From an uncultured Gammaproteobacteria bacterium (GTDB taxonomy: Bacteria; Pseudomonadota; Gammaproteobacteria; SZUA-152), in the NCBI GenBank assembly GCA_913009875.1, contig CAJVYS010000003.1, forward strand, positions 13,528 through 77,527: DNA of 64,000 nt, in the 5' to 3' direction. The notes under the pieces are model-generated. The model searched no databases, was not told where the DNA came from, and saw nothing but the letters and a program-made list of their open reading frames with translations. The position numbers and the translations under genes were made by a program. Within the stretch, counting starts at the first letter, position 1. The number at the start of each line of letters is the position of its first letter. Positions 51,207-59,607 of this stretch are shown here, one piece after another.

Positions 51207-51337
51207 CTCTGTAGGATGCTGGTGAGCGGTAGCGAACCGCATCGTTCGCGTGTTATCAAGCGCCCGGCACGGGTGATTGTCGGCGTCACCGCTCTCGACT
51301 GATGCGGTTCGCTACCGCTCACCGGCATCCTACACAG
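51207..51337. repeat. palindromic element, family 3 (ctgtaggatgctggtgagcggtagcgaaccgcatc ... gatgcggttcgctaccgctcaccggcatcctacacag)
   Basis: ~37-bp perfect-ish arms around a ~57-bp spacer. Half-copy at 10544-10580. Confidence 0.8.
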
Positions 51338-51383
51338 AATTTTGAGAATCATTGCCCGAATTGTGTTATGGGGAGCCTGACGG

Positions 51384-51935
51384 ATGACTGTGTGCACATA
51401 TGATCGAAGACAGTCTTTAAAGTTTACACCCCGCGAATCGGTGATTATCCATTTTCGGAGCGGGGGGTTACGTGCTGTTTTGTTTACCCTGCTATGGTGG
51501 ATACTCACAGATGGTGCAACGGATTCATGGCTGGTGGGTGCGCCAGTGGTACTGTTTGCGACATTGGTCAGCGTGGCGCTACTGCCTCCTTTTTCCTGGT
51601 CCTTGATGGGGATCGTACGTTTTATCCCGTTCTTTCTCTGGTGCTCGCTACGGGGGGGCATGGACGTGGCCCGCTGCGCTCTGCACCCGCGGTTACCAAT
51701 CTCGCCGGGGCTGTTTGACTACATATTCCGACTGCCGCCGGGTCTGCCGCGGGTGTTCATGGCCAACATCGTAAGCCTGCTGCCTGGCACCTTGAGCGCG
51801 GAACTCGGTGCGAATTATCTGCAAGTGCATGTGCTCGACGAACGGAAGGATTTCTTGTCAGAACTCGAGAAGGTAGAGCAAAGAGTGGCCGCGATGTTCG
51901 GTATCTCTTTGCCTCCATCCGGAGGAGGCGAATGA
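51384..51935 (+). CDS. mrpE: Mrp-type Na+/H+ antiporter subunit E (MnhE/MbhA-like)
   Basis: MnhE family size and topology (two TM, then cytoplasmic domain). First gene of the operon after the REP. Confidence 0.65.
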   Translation: MTVCTYDRRQSLKFTPRESVIIHFRSGGLRAVLFTLLWWILTDGATDSWLVGAPVVLFATLVSVALLPPFSWSLMGIVRFIPFFLWCSLRGGMDVARCALHPRLPISPGLFDYIFRLPPGLPRVFMANIVSLLPGTLSAELGANYLQVHVLDERKDFLSELEKVEQRVAAMFGISLPPSGGGE

Positions 51936-51936
51936 A

Positions 51937-52908
51937 GTGAAGAGATTCAATAATATTCTTTGCGTGGTGACACCAGGGGCGGGATGCAAAACCGCGTTGG
52001 AACGTGCGGTCACGCTGGCTGAAAACAACCAGGCGAGCCTGACGGTTATCGACGTGACCGAGCGCGTAACTGCCGGTATTGGAATGCCGGAAGGCGGTCC
52101 GATCTCTGCAGACCTGCAGGCAGCAATCGTCAGTGCGCGTGAACAGGAACTGGACTCCCTGGTTGAGCCTTACCGCCAGCGGATCAACGTGCAAGCCAGG
52201 GTGTTGATCGGCACACCGTTTTTGGAAATTATTCGAGAGATACTGCGCAACGGGCATGATCTGGTGATCAAAACCGCTGAACGCTGGGATTGGCAGGACC
52301 GCTTATTCGGCAGCAACGATATGCACCTGTTACGTAAGTGTCCATGTCCGATGTGGATCACGCTGCCGGAGGAAAAGCCCAATTACCGCCGGATCATGGC
52401 CGCGGTCGATTTTGACCCGTGGCTGGAGGGTGCCGGGGAGAATGATCTGAACCGGCTAATCCTCGAGCTGGCGAGTTCGATGGCGCTGTCCGATTTCGCT
52501 GAACTGCATGTGGTCCATGCCTGGGAGCCCATGACGGAGACTATGATAAGAGTGTTCAGCAGCGACTTGTCCGAAGAGCAAATCGCTGCCAACGTGAATC
52601 GTGAACGGCGCGACCACCAGGCCCAGCTCGAACGGCTGACCGGCAGGTTGCGCGACTGGATCGGCACAGAGGCTTACGATTATCTGTTACCGAGGCTTTA
52701 TCTCTGCCAGGGCAGCGCACGCAAGGAAATTCCGGCGCAGGCCAGACGGATTGACGCCGATCTTGTCGTCATGGGCACCGTGGCCCGCACTGGTTTGGCC
52801 GGATTCTTTATGGGCAACACTGCGGAAACGATTCTCAACCAGATCGATTGCGCCGTGCTTGCGGTCAAGCCGCCCGGCTTTGTAACGCCGGTCACATTGG
52901 AGGGCTGA
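51937..52908 (+). CDS. tandem-domain universal stress protein (UspE-like) embedded in the mrp operon
   Basis: Two USP domains (ILCVVTPGAG... and IMAAVDFDP...), with VVMG.....G....GNTAE near the C-terminus. Starts 2 nt after the mrpE stop. Confidence 0.75.
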   Translation: MKRFNNILCVVTPGAGCKTALERAVTLAENNQASLTVIDVTERVTAGIGMPEGGPISADLQAAIVSAREQELDSLVEPYRQRINVQARVLIGTPFLEIIREILRNGHDLVIKTAERWDWQDRLFGSNDMHLLRKCPCPMWITLPEEKPNYRRIMAAVDFDPWLEGAGENDLNRLILELASSMALSDFAELHVVHAWEPMTETMIRVFSSDLSEEQIAANVNRERRDHQAQLERLTGRLRDWIGTEAYDYLLPRLYLCQGSARKEIPAQARRIDADLVVMGTVARTGLAGFFMGNTAETILNQIDCAVLAVKPPGFVTPVTLEG

Positions 52909-52925
52909 ACCCGGGTTGAACACAT

Positions 52926-53204
52926 ATGCAGACCCTTTTCCTCATATTAGCGTTGTTTCTACTGCTGAATCTTGGCGCCGGGATGTGGCGGGTACTTCGT
53001 GGTCCGACCGCCGCCGATCGCATGTTGGCCGCACAGTTATTCGGTACCACGGCGGTGGCCATACTGCTGTTGCTCGCGCAGGTCGATGGCAATGCGGCCC
53101 TGCGCGATGTGGCGTTGGTGTTTGCCCTGTTGGCCGCGGTAACGGCAGTGGCCTTTGTGCGGCGGGCCTGGCCAGACCAGGAAACGGACCATGATGCTGG
53201 GTGA
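52926..53204 (+). CDS. mrpF: Mrp antiporter subunit F (MnhF/MbhB-like)
   Basis: 92 aa, three TM. The LRGPTAADRMLA motif is characteristic of MnhF. Confidence 0.75.
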   Translation: MQTLFLILALFLLLNLGAGMWRVLRGPTAADRMLAAQLFGTTAVAILLLLAQVDGNAALRDVALVFALLAAVTAVAFVRRAWPDQETDHDAG

Positions 53205-53490
53205 TTACCTCACCGTGGTACTGCTGATCGCCGGGAGTATCTTCTTTCTGGCGGGTACCCTGGGCCTGCTGCGATTTCCGGATGTCTATACCCGTCTGCA
53301 TGCATTGACCAAGGCCGACAACGTCGGTCTGGGACTGATGGTGGCCGGGCTCGCCCTGCAGGCGGAATCCTGGACGGTGGTGGGCAAGCTGCTGATGATC
53401 TGGCTGTTGGTACTGCTGGCGGGTGCCAGTGTCGCCCACCTGGTGGCCGCAGCGGCGCGGCAAAGAGGCATCAAGCTGTGGAAACGATGA
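53191..53490 (+). CDS. mrpG: Mrp antiporter subunit G (MnhG/MbhC-like)
   Basis: DYLTVVLLIAGSIFFLAGTLGLLRFPDVYTRLHALTKADNVGLGL matches the MnhG/PhaG pattern. Overlaps mrpF. Confidence 0.8.
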   Translation: MMLGDYLTVVLLIAGSIFFLAGTLGLLRFPDVYTRLHALTKADNVGLGLMVAGLALQAESWTVVGKLLMIWLLVLLAGASVAHLVAAAARQRGIKLWKR

Positions 53491-53628
53491 CGTGCATGGA
53501 CGCACTCGCCGCTCATTGGCATCCATGCCACCACGGCAGGGCCTGCCCCATGAGCGTAGCGAGTGTTTTGGGCATTTGCACATCCCTGTGCATCATTTCG
53601 CGGGCGCATGGAGCGCAGGAGCGATGAG
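53488..53628. repeat. intercistronic palindromic repeat unit (long form), from the mrpG TGA to the ATG of the next gene
   Basis: tgacgtgcatggacgcac-[87-bp insert]-tttcgcgggcgcatggagcgcaggagcgATGAgc. Related units at 54583-54700 and 56457-56748. Confidence 0.85.
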
Positions 53629-53902
53629 CCTGTTGCAGTCTGCATTCGATGTCCTGCTGGGGTCTGCCTTGTTGTGGCTGGCTTGGCGGGCGCTGGCGAG
53701 CCCGGATTTATTCAGGGCCATTGTGCTGTTCATCGCCTTCGGGCTGTTGATGGCGCTGGCCTGGGTTCGGCTCGACGCGCCGGATATTGCCCTGGCCGAG
53801 GCGGCTATCGGCGCGGGACTGACGGGTGCCCTGCTGCTGGCAGCACTGACAAGGCTCGAGTCTAAGAGTGATACAAAATCAGCCCATGAAAAAGACCAAT
53901 AA
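53624..53902 (+). CDS. MbhD-like small membrane protein (MnhB N-terminal-domain homologue)
   Basis: APDIALAEAAIGAGLTGALLL motif typical of MbhD/MrpA-C/MnhB-N domains. ATG supplied by the repeat unit. Confidence 0.6.
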   Translation: MSLLQSAFDVLLGSALLWLAWRALASPDLFRAIVLFIAFGLLMALAWVRLDAPDIALAEAAIGAGLTGALLLAALTRLESKSDTKSAHEKDQ

Positions 53903-54599
53903 ACCGAAATCCATAACTGAAAACGGTGAAAGAGAGGCACCGTTTCGGTTGCTGCTCGCGGTGCTCCTGTCAGTTCTGGCCGTGGGGTTGGGTTATGCGG
54001 TGCTGTCCCTTCCATCGCAGGCCCCGGGTTTGAGCGACTATGTGGCGGAAAACCTCGAAACCAGCGGTGTCAGTAATCCAGTCACTGCGGTGCTGCTTAA
54101 CTTCCGTGGTTACGATACCTTGCTGGAACTGGGGGTGCTGTTGCTGGCCTTGCTTGGGGTCTGGTCACTCGGTGCTGTACCGAAACGCCACGAGTCATCC
54201 CCTGGGCCGGTGCTGGATATGCTGTCGCGCCTGCTGGTTCCTTTACTGATCCTGGTTGCCGGCTATCTATTATGGGTCGGCGCCCATGCGCCGGGCGGTG
54301 CCTTTCAGGCCGGTTCGCTGCTGGCGGCGGCGGGGGTGTTGCTGTTGCTGACGGGGTGGCGACTCGGCACAGGGTTTTCCGGCCTGCTACTGCGCATTAC
54401 CCTGGTAGCCGGCCTGGGGGTCTTTGTGGTGGTGGGTGTTGTGTTGATACTGGCGGGCGGGCGCCTGCTGGAATACCCCCTGTCATTCGCGGGTGCGCTG
54501 ATACTGCTGATCGAGGCGGCAGCGACTGTGTCCATCGGCGTGACCCTGGCTGCCCTGTTCCTGGGTGGCCGCCCAGAGGCAGGAGCGCAGGAGCGATGA
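53886..54599 (+). CDS. mrpB: Mrp antiporter subunit B (MnhB/MbhE-like)
   Basis: MnhB domain ...NPVTAVLLNFRGYDTLLELGVLLLALLG... Start ambiguous (53868 or 53886) and overlaps the upstream ORF by 17-35 nt in another frame. Confidence 0.65.
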   Translation: MKKTNKPKSITENGEREAPFRLLLAVLLSVLAVGLGYAVLSLPSQAPGLSDYVAENLETSGVSNPVTAVLLNFRGYDTLLELGVLLLALLGVWSLGAVPKRHESSPGPVLDMLSRLLVPLLILVAGYLLWVGAHAPGGAFQAGSLLAAAGVLLLLTGWRLGTGFSGLLLRITLVAGLGVFVVVGVVLILAGGRLLEYPLSFAGALILLIEAAATVSIGVTLAALFLGGRPEAGAQER

Positions 54600-54700
54600 C
54601 GTGCATGGATGCACTAAGTTCGCGGGCGCATGGAGCGCAGGAGCGATGACGTGCATGGATGCACTAAGTTCGCGGGCGCATGGAGCGCAGGAGCGATGAG
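54583..54700. repeat. intercistronic repeat: partial unit plus two tandem 50-bp short units
   Basis: ggagcgcaggagcgatgac + 2 x gtgcatggatgcactaagttcgcgggcgcatggagcgcaggagcgatga(c/g). It encodes the last residues of mrpB (GAQER*) and the ATG of mrpC. Confidence 0.85.
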
Positions 54701-55004
54701 CCCTGCTTTCCTCTATGCACTGGTGGGGGTGGGTCTGTTCACTCTGGGTCTGTACGCCTTGATCGTCCACACGCATTTACTGCGTAAGATCCTGGCCATC
54801 AATGTGATGGCCAGCGGGGTGTTCCTGGTGTTGGTGGCACTGGCGGTCCGTACCCAGGGGGCAGCGCCGGATCCAGTGCCGCACGCCATGGTGATTACCG
54901 GCATCGTGGTTGCCGTATCGGCCACCGCCCTGGCGTTGGCGCTGATGCTGCGGGTACAGGCGGCAACAGGCCGGGCTGAGCTTGCCGAAGAGCCGTTGGA
55001 ATAA
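54696..55004 (+). CDS. mrpC: Mrp antiporter subunit C (NuoK-like, MnhC/MbhG)
   Basis: Three TM, 102 aa. LYALIVHTHLLRKILAINVMASGVFL matches the MnhC/NuoK pattern. Confidence 0.8.
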   Translation: MSPAFLYALVGVGLFTLGLYALIVHTHLLRKILAINVMASGVFLVLVALAVRTQGAAPDPVPHAMVITGIVVAVSATALALALMLRVQAATGRAELAEEPLE

Positions 55005-55010
55005 CACTCG

Positions 55011-56459
55011 ATGTCTATGTGGATACCAGGTGTCCACTGGGGGGTGATGGCTATTGTGTTGCCGCTGGCCGGGGCCATAAGCTGTTTCTTGTGGCCGCGA
55101 CGCACCGTCCCGCTGGGTCTGGTTACTGCGCTGGGTATTGTCGCTTGCGTGGCCGGACTGGGCTGGCGGGTGGTGGAGCAGGGTGCGCAACGCTATGCGG
55201 TCGGAGGCTGGGGTGCGCCATTGGGTATCGACCTCTATGCAGATGGTTTGAGTCTGCTGATGCTAATGGTGGCGGCGGTGGTGGGGCTGGGCATCAGCGT
55301 CTATTCCAGCGGCTATTTTAAACCAGACAGGGCGACGCATTTTTGGCCATTGTGGCTGTTTCTGTGGGCCGCGCTGAATGCTTTGTTTCTGTCCGCGGAT
55401 ATCTTCAATCTTTATGTCACCCTGGAACTGCTGGGGCTGGCGGCGGTGGCGTTGGTCGCGTTAGCCGGGGGGGCGGATGCCTTGACCGGGGCCATGCGCT
55501 ACTTGTTGGTCAGTCTGCTGGGTTCGTTGTTCTATCTGCTGGGTGTCGCGCTGCTCTATCACAGTTTTGGCAGCGTCGATATCGCGATATTGGCAGAGCG
55601 GGTGGAACCGTCCCCCGCAGTGTGGGCAGCGATGGGATTGATGAGTGCCGGTTTGCTGCTCAAGACCGCGTTGTTTCCGCTGCACTTCTGGTTGCCGCCA
55701 GCCCATGCCAGTGCCCCGGCGCCAGTGAGCGCGCTGTTGTCAGCACTGGTGGTGAAGGCATCGTTTTATATTCTGCTGCGTCTGTGGCTGGAGATTTTCC
55801 CGCTGACCAACGCCGTGCTTGGTCAGTTGCTGGGTCTGCTCGGCGCGGCCGCTGTGCTCTGGGGCGGGCTTCAGGCGTTACGCCAGACGCGGCTCAAAAT
55901 GTTGATCGCCTATTCGACCGTGGCGCAACTGGGTTATCTGTTTCTGGCTTTTCCGCTGGCGAACATCATCGGTTGGACGGGTGCGCTCTATATGCTGTTA
56001 TCCCACGCCGCGGCCAAGACGGCCATGTTCATGGCGGCCGGCAACATCCTGTATTTCGGCGGACATGATCGCATTGCGGATCTTGATCGTGTCGTGCAGC
56101 GTCTACCCCTGACGATTACCGCCTTTGCCTTGGCGGGTATCAGCATCATGGGCCTGCCGCCCAGTGGCGGATTTATCGCCAAATGGCTGCTGCTGGAGGC
56201 CGCCATCCGTTCCGATCAGTGGTGGTGGGGGATCATCCTGATCCTCGGTGGACTGCTGTCTGCCGCCTGGGTCTTTAAAGTGGTCGGTTATGCCTTTACC
56301 CAGTCCGAGGTACCCCACCAAGCCAGAGCGGTACCTGCCACCATGGAGTGGACCGCGCTGGTCATGGCCGTGGTCGCCATCCTGCTGGGCCTGTTTGCCC
56401 CCTGGCCGCTGGCATTAATGGAAATCGGTTTACCCTTTAGCGGGGAAGATCCCGGATGA
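55011..56459 (+). CDS. mrpD: Mrp antiporter subunit D (NuoN/NuoM-like antiporter-type subunit)
   Basis: ~14 TM proton-pumping module: TLELLGLAAVALVAL, HAAAKTAMFMAAGN and WLPPAHASAPAPVSALL motifs. Confidence 0.8.
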   Translation: MSMWIPGVHWGVMAIVLPLAGAISCFLWPRRTVPLGLVTALGIVACVAGLGWRVVEQGAQRYAVGGWGAPLGIDLYADGLSLLMLMVAAVVGLGISVYSSGYFKPDRATHFWPLWLFLWAALNALFLSADIFNLYVTLELLGLAAVALVALAGGADALTGAMRYLLVSLLGSLFYLLGVALLYHSFGSVDIAILAERVEPSPAVWAAMGLMSAGLLLKTALFPLHFWLPPAHASAPAPVSALLSALVVKASFYILLRLWLEIFPLTNAVLGQLLGLLGAAAVLWGGLQALRQTRLKMLIAYSTVAQLGYLFLAFPLANIIGWTGALYMLLSHAAAKTAMFMAAGNILYFGGHDRIADLDRVVQRLPLTITAFALAGISIMGLPPSGGFIAKWLLLEAAIRSDQWWWGIILILGGLLSAAWVFKVVGYAFTQSEVPHQARAVPATMEWTALVMAVVAILLGLFAPWPLALMEIGLPFSGEDPG

Positions 56460-56748
56460 CGTGCATGGATGCACTAATTTCGCGGGCGCATGGAGCGCAG
56501 GAGCGATGACGTGCATGGATGCACTCGCCGCTCATTGGCATCCATGCCACCACGGCAGGGCCTGCCCCATGAGCGTAGCGAGTGTTTTGGGCATTTGCAC
56601 ATCCCTGTGCATCATTTCGCGGGCGCATGGAGCGCAGGAGCGATGACGTGCATGGATGCACTCGCCGCTCATTGGCATCCATGCCACCACGGCATTTGCA
56701 CATCCCTGTGCATCATTTCGCGGGCGCATGGAGCGCAGGAGCGATGAG
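56457..56748. repeat. intercistronic repeat array: short unit, long unit, and long unit with a 36-bp internal deletion
   Basis: 56461-56510 (50 bp), 56511-56647 (137 bp), 56648-56748 (101 bp). Array starts at the mrpD TGA and ends ...gagcgATGAgc (start of the next gene). Confidence 0.85.
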
Positions 56749-58240
56749 CTGGAATGCCGCGCTGCCGCTACTCGTTCTCGCCAGCTCCCTGTTACCGGGA
56801 CTGGTGATTTTCTTTCTGCCAGAGGAGCGTGTTGCAACCCGTACCACCCTGAACCTGACCGGTGCAGTACTCAAACTGGTGTTGGTCGGGGTGATGATCT
56901 GGGGCGTTTTTCACGGCCACCATTATGAGACCCGTCTGCCCCTGTTACCCGGGCTGGATCTGGTACTGCGTGCCGACCCCCTGTCGATGCTGTTTGTGGT
57001 GCTTTCCAGTGTCCTGTGGCTTGTGACGACCGTTTATGCCATCGGCTACCTGGAGGGCTCGCCTAACCGCAGCCGCTTTTTCGGATTTTTCAGCCTGTGT
57101 GTGACCGCAACGGTCGGTGTGGCGTTGGCCGGCAACCTGATTACCTTTTTGCTGTTTTACGAGCTGCTGACCCTGGCCACCTATCCGCTGATCGTGCACC
57201 GTGGTACCGACGAGGCGCGGCGCGCAGGTCGTACCTACCTGAACTATACGGTTGCAGGCGGCGCCCTGTTGCTGATCGGCACGGTATGGCTGTACACCCT
57301 CACCGGCACCCTGGAGTTCACAGCACGTGGTTTTTTATCCAGCCTGGATGAAACACACTACGGGGTTCTGGTCGTCATATTTGTACTCTTGATCGCTGGT
57401 CTGGGTGTAAAGGCCGCACTGATTCCGCTGCATGGCTGGCTGCCGCAGGCCATGGTGGCGCCCGCACCCGTGAGCGCATTATTGCATGCGGTGGCGGTGG
57501 TGAAGGCGGGTGCCTTCGGTATCGTGCGCGTGGTCCACGATGTCTATGGCATCCAGTTTGCCGCCAGTCTGGGAGTGACATTGCCACTGGCAATAGTGGC
57601 GGCGGCGACCATTATTTATGGTTCGATGCGAGCATTGTTCCAGGATGATCTGAAACGCCGGCTGGCGTTCTCCACGGTCAGCCAGGTTGCCTATATTGTC
57701 CTCGGCATCGCCATCGCCGGCCCGATCGCGACCATCGGCGGCCTGGTCCATCTGGTGCACCAGGGCGTGATGAAAATCACCCTGTTTTTCTGCGCCGGCA
57801 ATCTCGCCGAGACTTTAGGAATTCACAAAGTCAGCGAAATGAACGGGGTCGGACGGCGCATGCCCTGGACCATGGTCGCCTTTACTATCGCTGTCTTTGG
57901 CATGATTGGTGCGCCACCCTTGGCCGGTTTTGTCAGTAAATGGTATCTGGGACTGGGGGCATTGGACGCCGGGCAGAGCTGGGTGATTATTATCCTGGCT
58001 GGTAGTAGCCTGCTCAACGCGGCGTATTTCCTGCCTATTCTGTACGCCGCCTGGTTCAAGGCACCTCCCGATACCTGGCCCGCCGAGCGCTCCTTCGGGC
58101 GGCGTGAGACGGCCTGGACGCTACTGGCGCCCCCGGTGGTGACCGCTTTGCTGACACTGGCTGCGGGGTTGCTGGCATCGGCACCGTTTAGTCCGTTGCA
58201 ATGGGCGCGTTTCATCACGACTCTGGGATACGCATCATGA
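56744..58240 (+). CDS. second NuoL/M/N-family antiporter-like subunit (MrpD/MrpA-like paralogue)
   Basis: GNLITFLLFYELLTLATYPLIVHRGTDEARRAGRTYL, WLPQAMVAPAPVSALLHAVAVVKAGAFG and HQGVMKITLFFCAGN motifs. ATG supplied by the repeat. Confidence 0.8.
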   Translation: MSWNAALPLLVLASSLLPGLVIFFLPEERVATRTTLNLTGAVLKLVLVGVMIWGVFHGHHYETRLPLLPGLDLVLRADPLSMLFVVLSSVLWLVTTVYAIGYLEGSPNRSRFFGFFSLCVTATVGVALAGNLITFLLFYELLTLATYPLIVHRGTDEARRAGRTYLNYTVAGGALLLIGTVWLYTLTGTLEFTARGFLSSLDETHYGVLVVIFVLLIAGLGVKAALIPLHGWLPQAMVAPAPVSALLHAVAVVKAGAFGIVRVVHDVYGIQFAASLGVTLPLAIVAAATIIYGSMRALFQDDLKRRLAFSTVSQVAYIVLGIAIAGPIATIGGLVHLVHQGVMKITLFFCAGNLAETLGIHKVSEMNGVGRRMPWTMVAFTIAVFGMIGAPPLAGFVSKWYLGLGALDAGQSWVIIILAGSSLLNAAYFLPILYAAWFKAPPDTWPAERSFGRRETAWTLLAPPVVTALLTLAAGLLASAPFSPLQWARFITTLGYAS

Positions 58241-59574
58241 ATACCACACTGAGTGCTATCCTTCTGCTGTCGGTACCTGGATGCCCGTTGTTACTCGCAT
58301 TTCCTGCACTTCGCTCACGCCTTCCTGATCCCTGGTCTTGCCATATCGCCCTTTTGCCCGCGGTTATCCTGTTGGCTGTGCCGACGGTCTTTTCTGTTGA
58401 CTTGCCTTGGCTGCTGTTCGGTACCGGACTGGGTATAGGCGAGGCATCCCGATGGTTGTTAGCGATGTCAGTGGTACTATGGGCTGCCGCCGCGACCCTT
58501 TTACATGCACCCACCGGCCAATCTGCGGACAATCGGCTCACGACCTTTTTTCTGTTGACCCTGGCGGGTAATCTGGGTGCGATTCTGGCGACGGATCTGG
58601 TCGGATTTTTCGCCTTTTCGACCCTGATGGGTTATGGCTTCTATGGCCTGCTGGTTAATGGTGGAAATAAGGCAGCGCGGCGGGCCGGACGCGTCTATCT
58701 CGGTCTCCTTATCCTGGCGGATCTGGCCCTGTTCGAGGCCTTGTTGATCGCGGCTGCAACGACCGGGAATCTGGGCTTTGGAATAGTGCGCCAGGCAGTG
58801 GCCCAGTCAGCTTCCCCAAGTTTGTATCTGTCGATGGTTCTCGTCGGCTTTGCCCTCAAGGCAGGCATCTGGCCGTTGCACTTCTGGTTACTGCCGGCCT
58901 TTCGTTCGGCCCGGCCGGCGGTCGCCCTGCTGCTGGGCGCTGTTCCCGTTGCTATCGGACTGCTTGGAGTCGTGCACTGGTTGCCCCTTGGCGAAATCAC
59001 CTCGCCTGACCTGGGGTTGATCATCCAGGGGCTGGGGGTGGCCGCCATGCTCTATGCCATGGTAGCCGGGCTGATGCGTAGGCAGCTAAAAATGCTACCC
59101 GCCTATGCCGCCATCGTCGCCACGGGATTGTTCGTCACCGTCTTGGGGGCGGGACTGGCCGATCCTGCTGTGTGGCACCGGTACGGAAATCTGGCGCATT
59201 TCTTCATTGTTTCTCTGGGGTTTGGCTTGGCGGCCCTGACCGTCGGCATCGGGTGGCTGGAGGCGAGGAACCCTTATTCTGCTGCGCCTGTAAAGCAAGT
59301 CGACGATTCGACCCCGTGGTTTGAGCGCTGGCCTGACGCAGTGGTGCGTTGGGCCGCGCAGATGGGGTTCGATACCTTACCCCGGTTGCGTGCATCGTGG
59401 CTGGCTAAAGTGGGCCGTCTCTGGCGAGTCCGTGCATGGCAACGAACCTTGGACGGTAGTGAGCGTTTTCTGCAACACTGGACCTTTGCGATCACCCTGT
59501 TTCTCTTGCTGGGAATTGTCGTGGCGCTTGTCGGCGCATCATTTTGGGACAAATCATTGTGGAGCGTTTTTTGA
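58237..59574 (+). CDS. third NuoL/M/N-family antiporter-like subunit (divergent)
   Basis: ATDLVGFFAFSTLMGYGFYGLLVNGGNKAARRAGRVYL and WPLHFWLLPAFRSARPAVALLLGA motifs. ATGA overlap with the previous gene. Confidence 0.7.
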   Translation: MNTTLSAILLLSVPGCPLLLAFPALRSRLPDPWSCHIALLPAVILLAVPTVFSVDLPWLLFGTGLGIGEASRWLLAMSVVLWAAAATLLHAPTGQSADNRLTTFFLLTLAGNLGAILATDLVGFFAFSTLMGYGFYGLLVNGGNKAARRAGRVYLGLLILADLALFEALLIAAATTGNLGFGIVRQAVAQSASPSLYLSMVLVGFALKAGIWPLHFWLLPAFRSARPAVALLLGAVPVAIGLLGVVHWLPLGEITSPDLGLIIQGLGVAAMLYAMVAGLMRRQLKMLPAYAAIVATGLFVTVLGAGLADPAVWHRYGNLAHFFIVSLGFGLAALTVGIGWLEARNPYSAAPVKQVDDSTPWFERWPDAVVRWAAQMGFDTLPRLRASWLAKVGRLWRVRAWQRTLDGSERFLQHWTFAITLFLLLGIVVALVGASFWDKSLWSVF

Positions 59575-59607
59575 TTAACACCAACGCTCGGTTCGCAAGA
59601 GCGACAT

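Noticed and set aside
53423-56837. Multiple short ORFs on both strands encoding MERRSDDVHGCT..., AGAWSAGAM..., MFWAFAHPCASFRGRMERRSDD...
   Set aside because: All are translations of the intercistronic repeat units. The same peptides recur at each array and on both strands, so they are repeat artefacts. Only the terminal ATG of each array is used, as the start of the downstream mrp gene.
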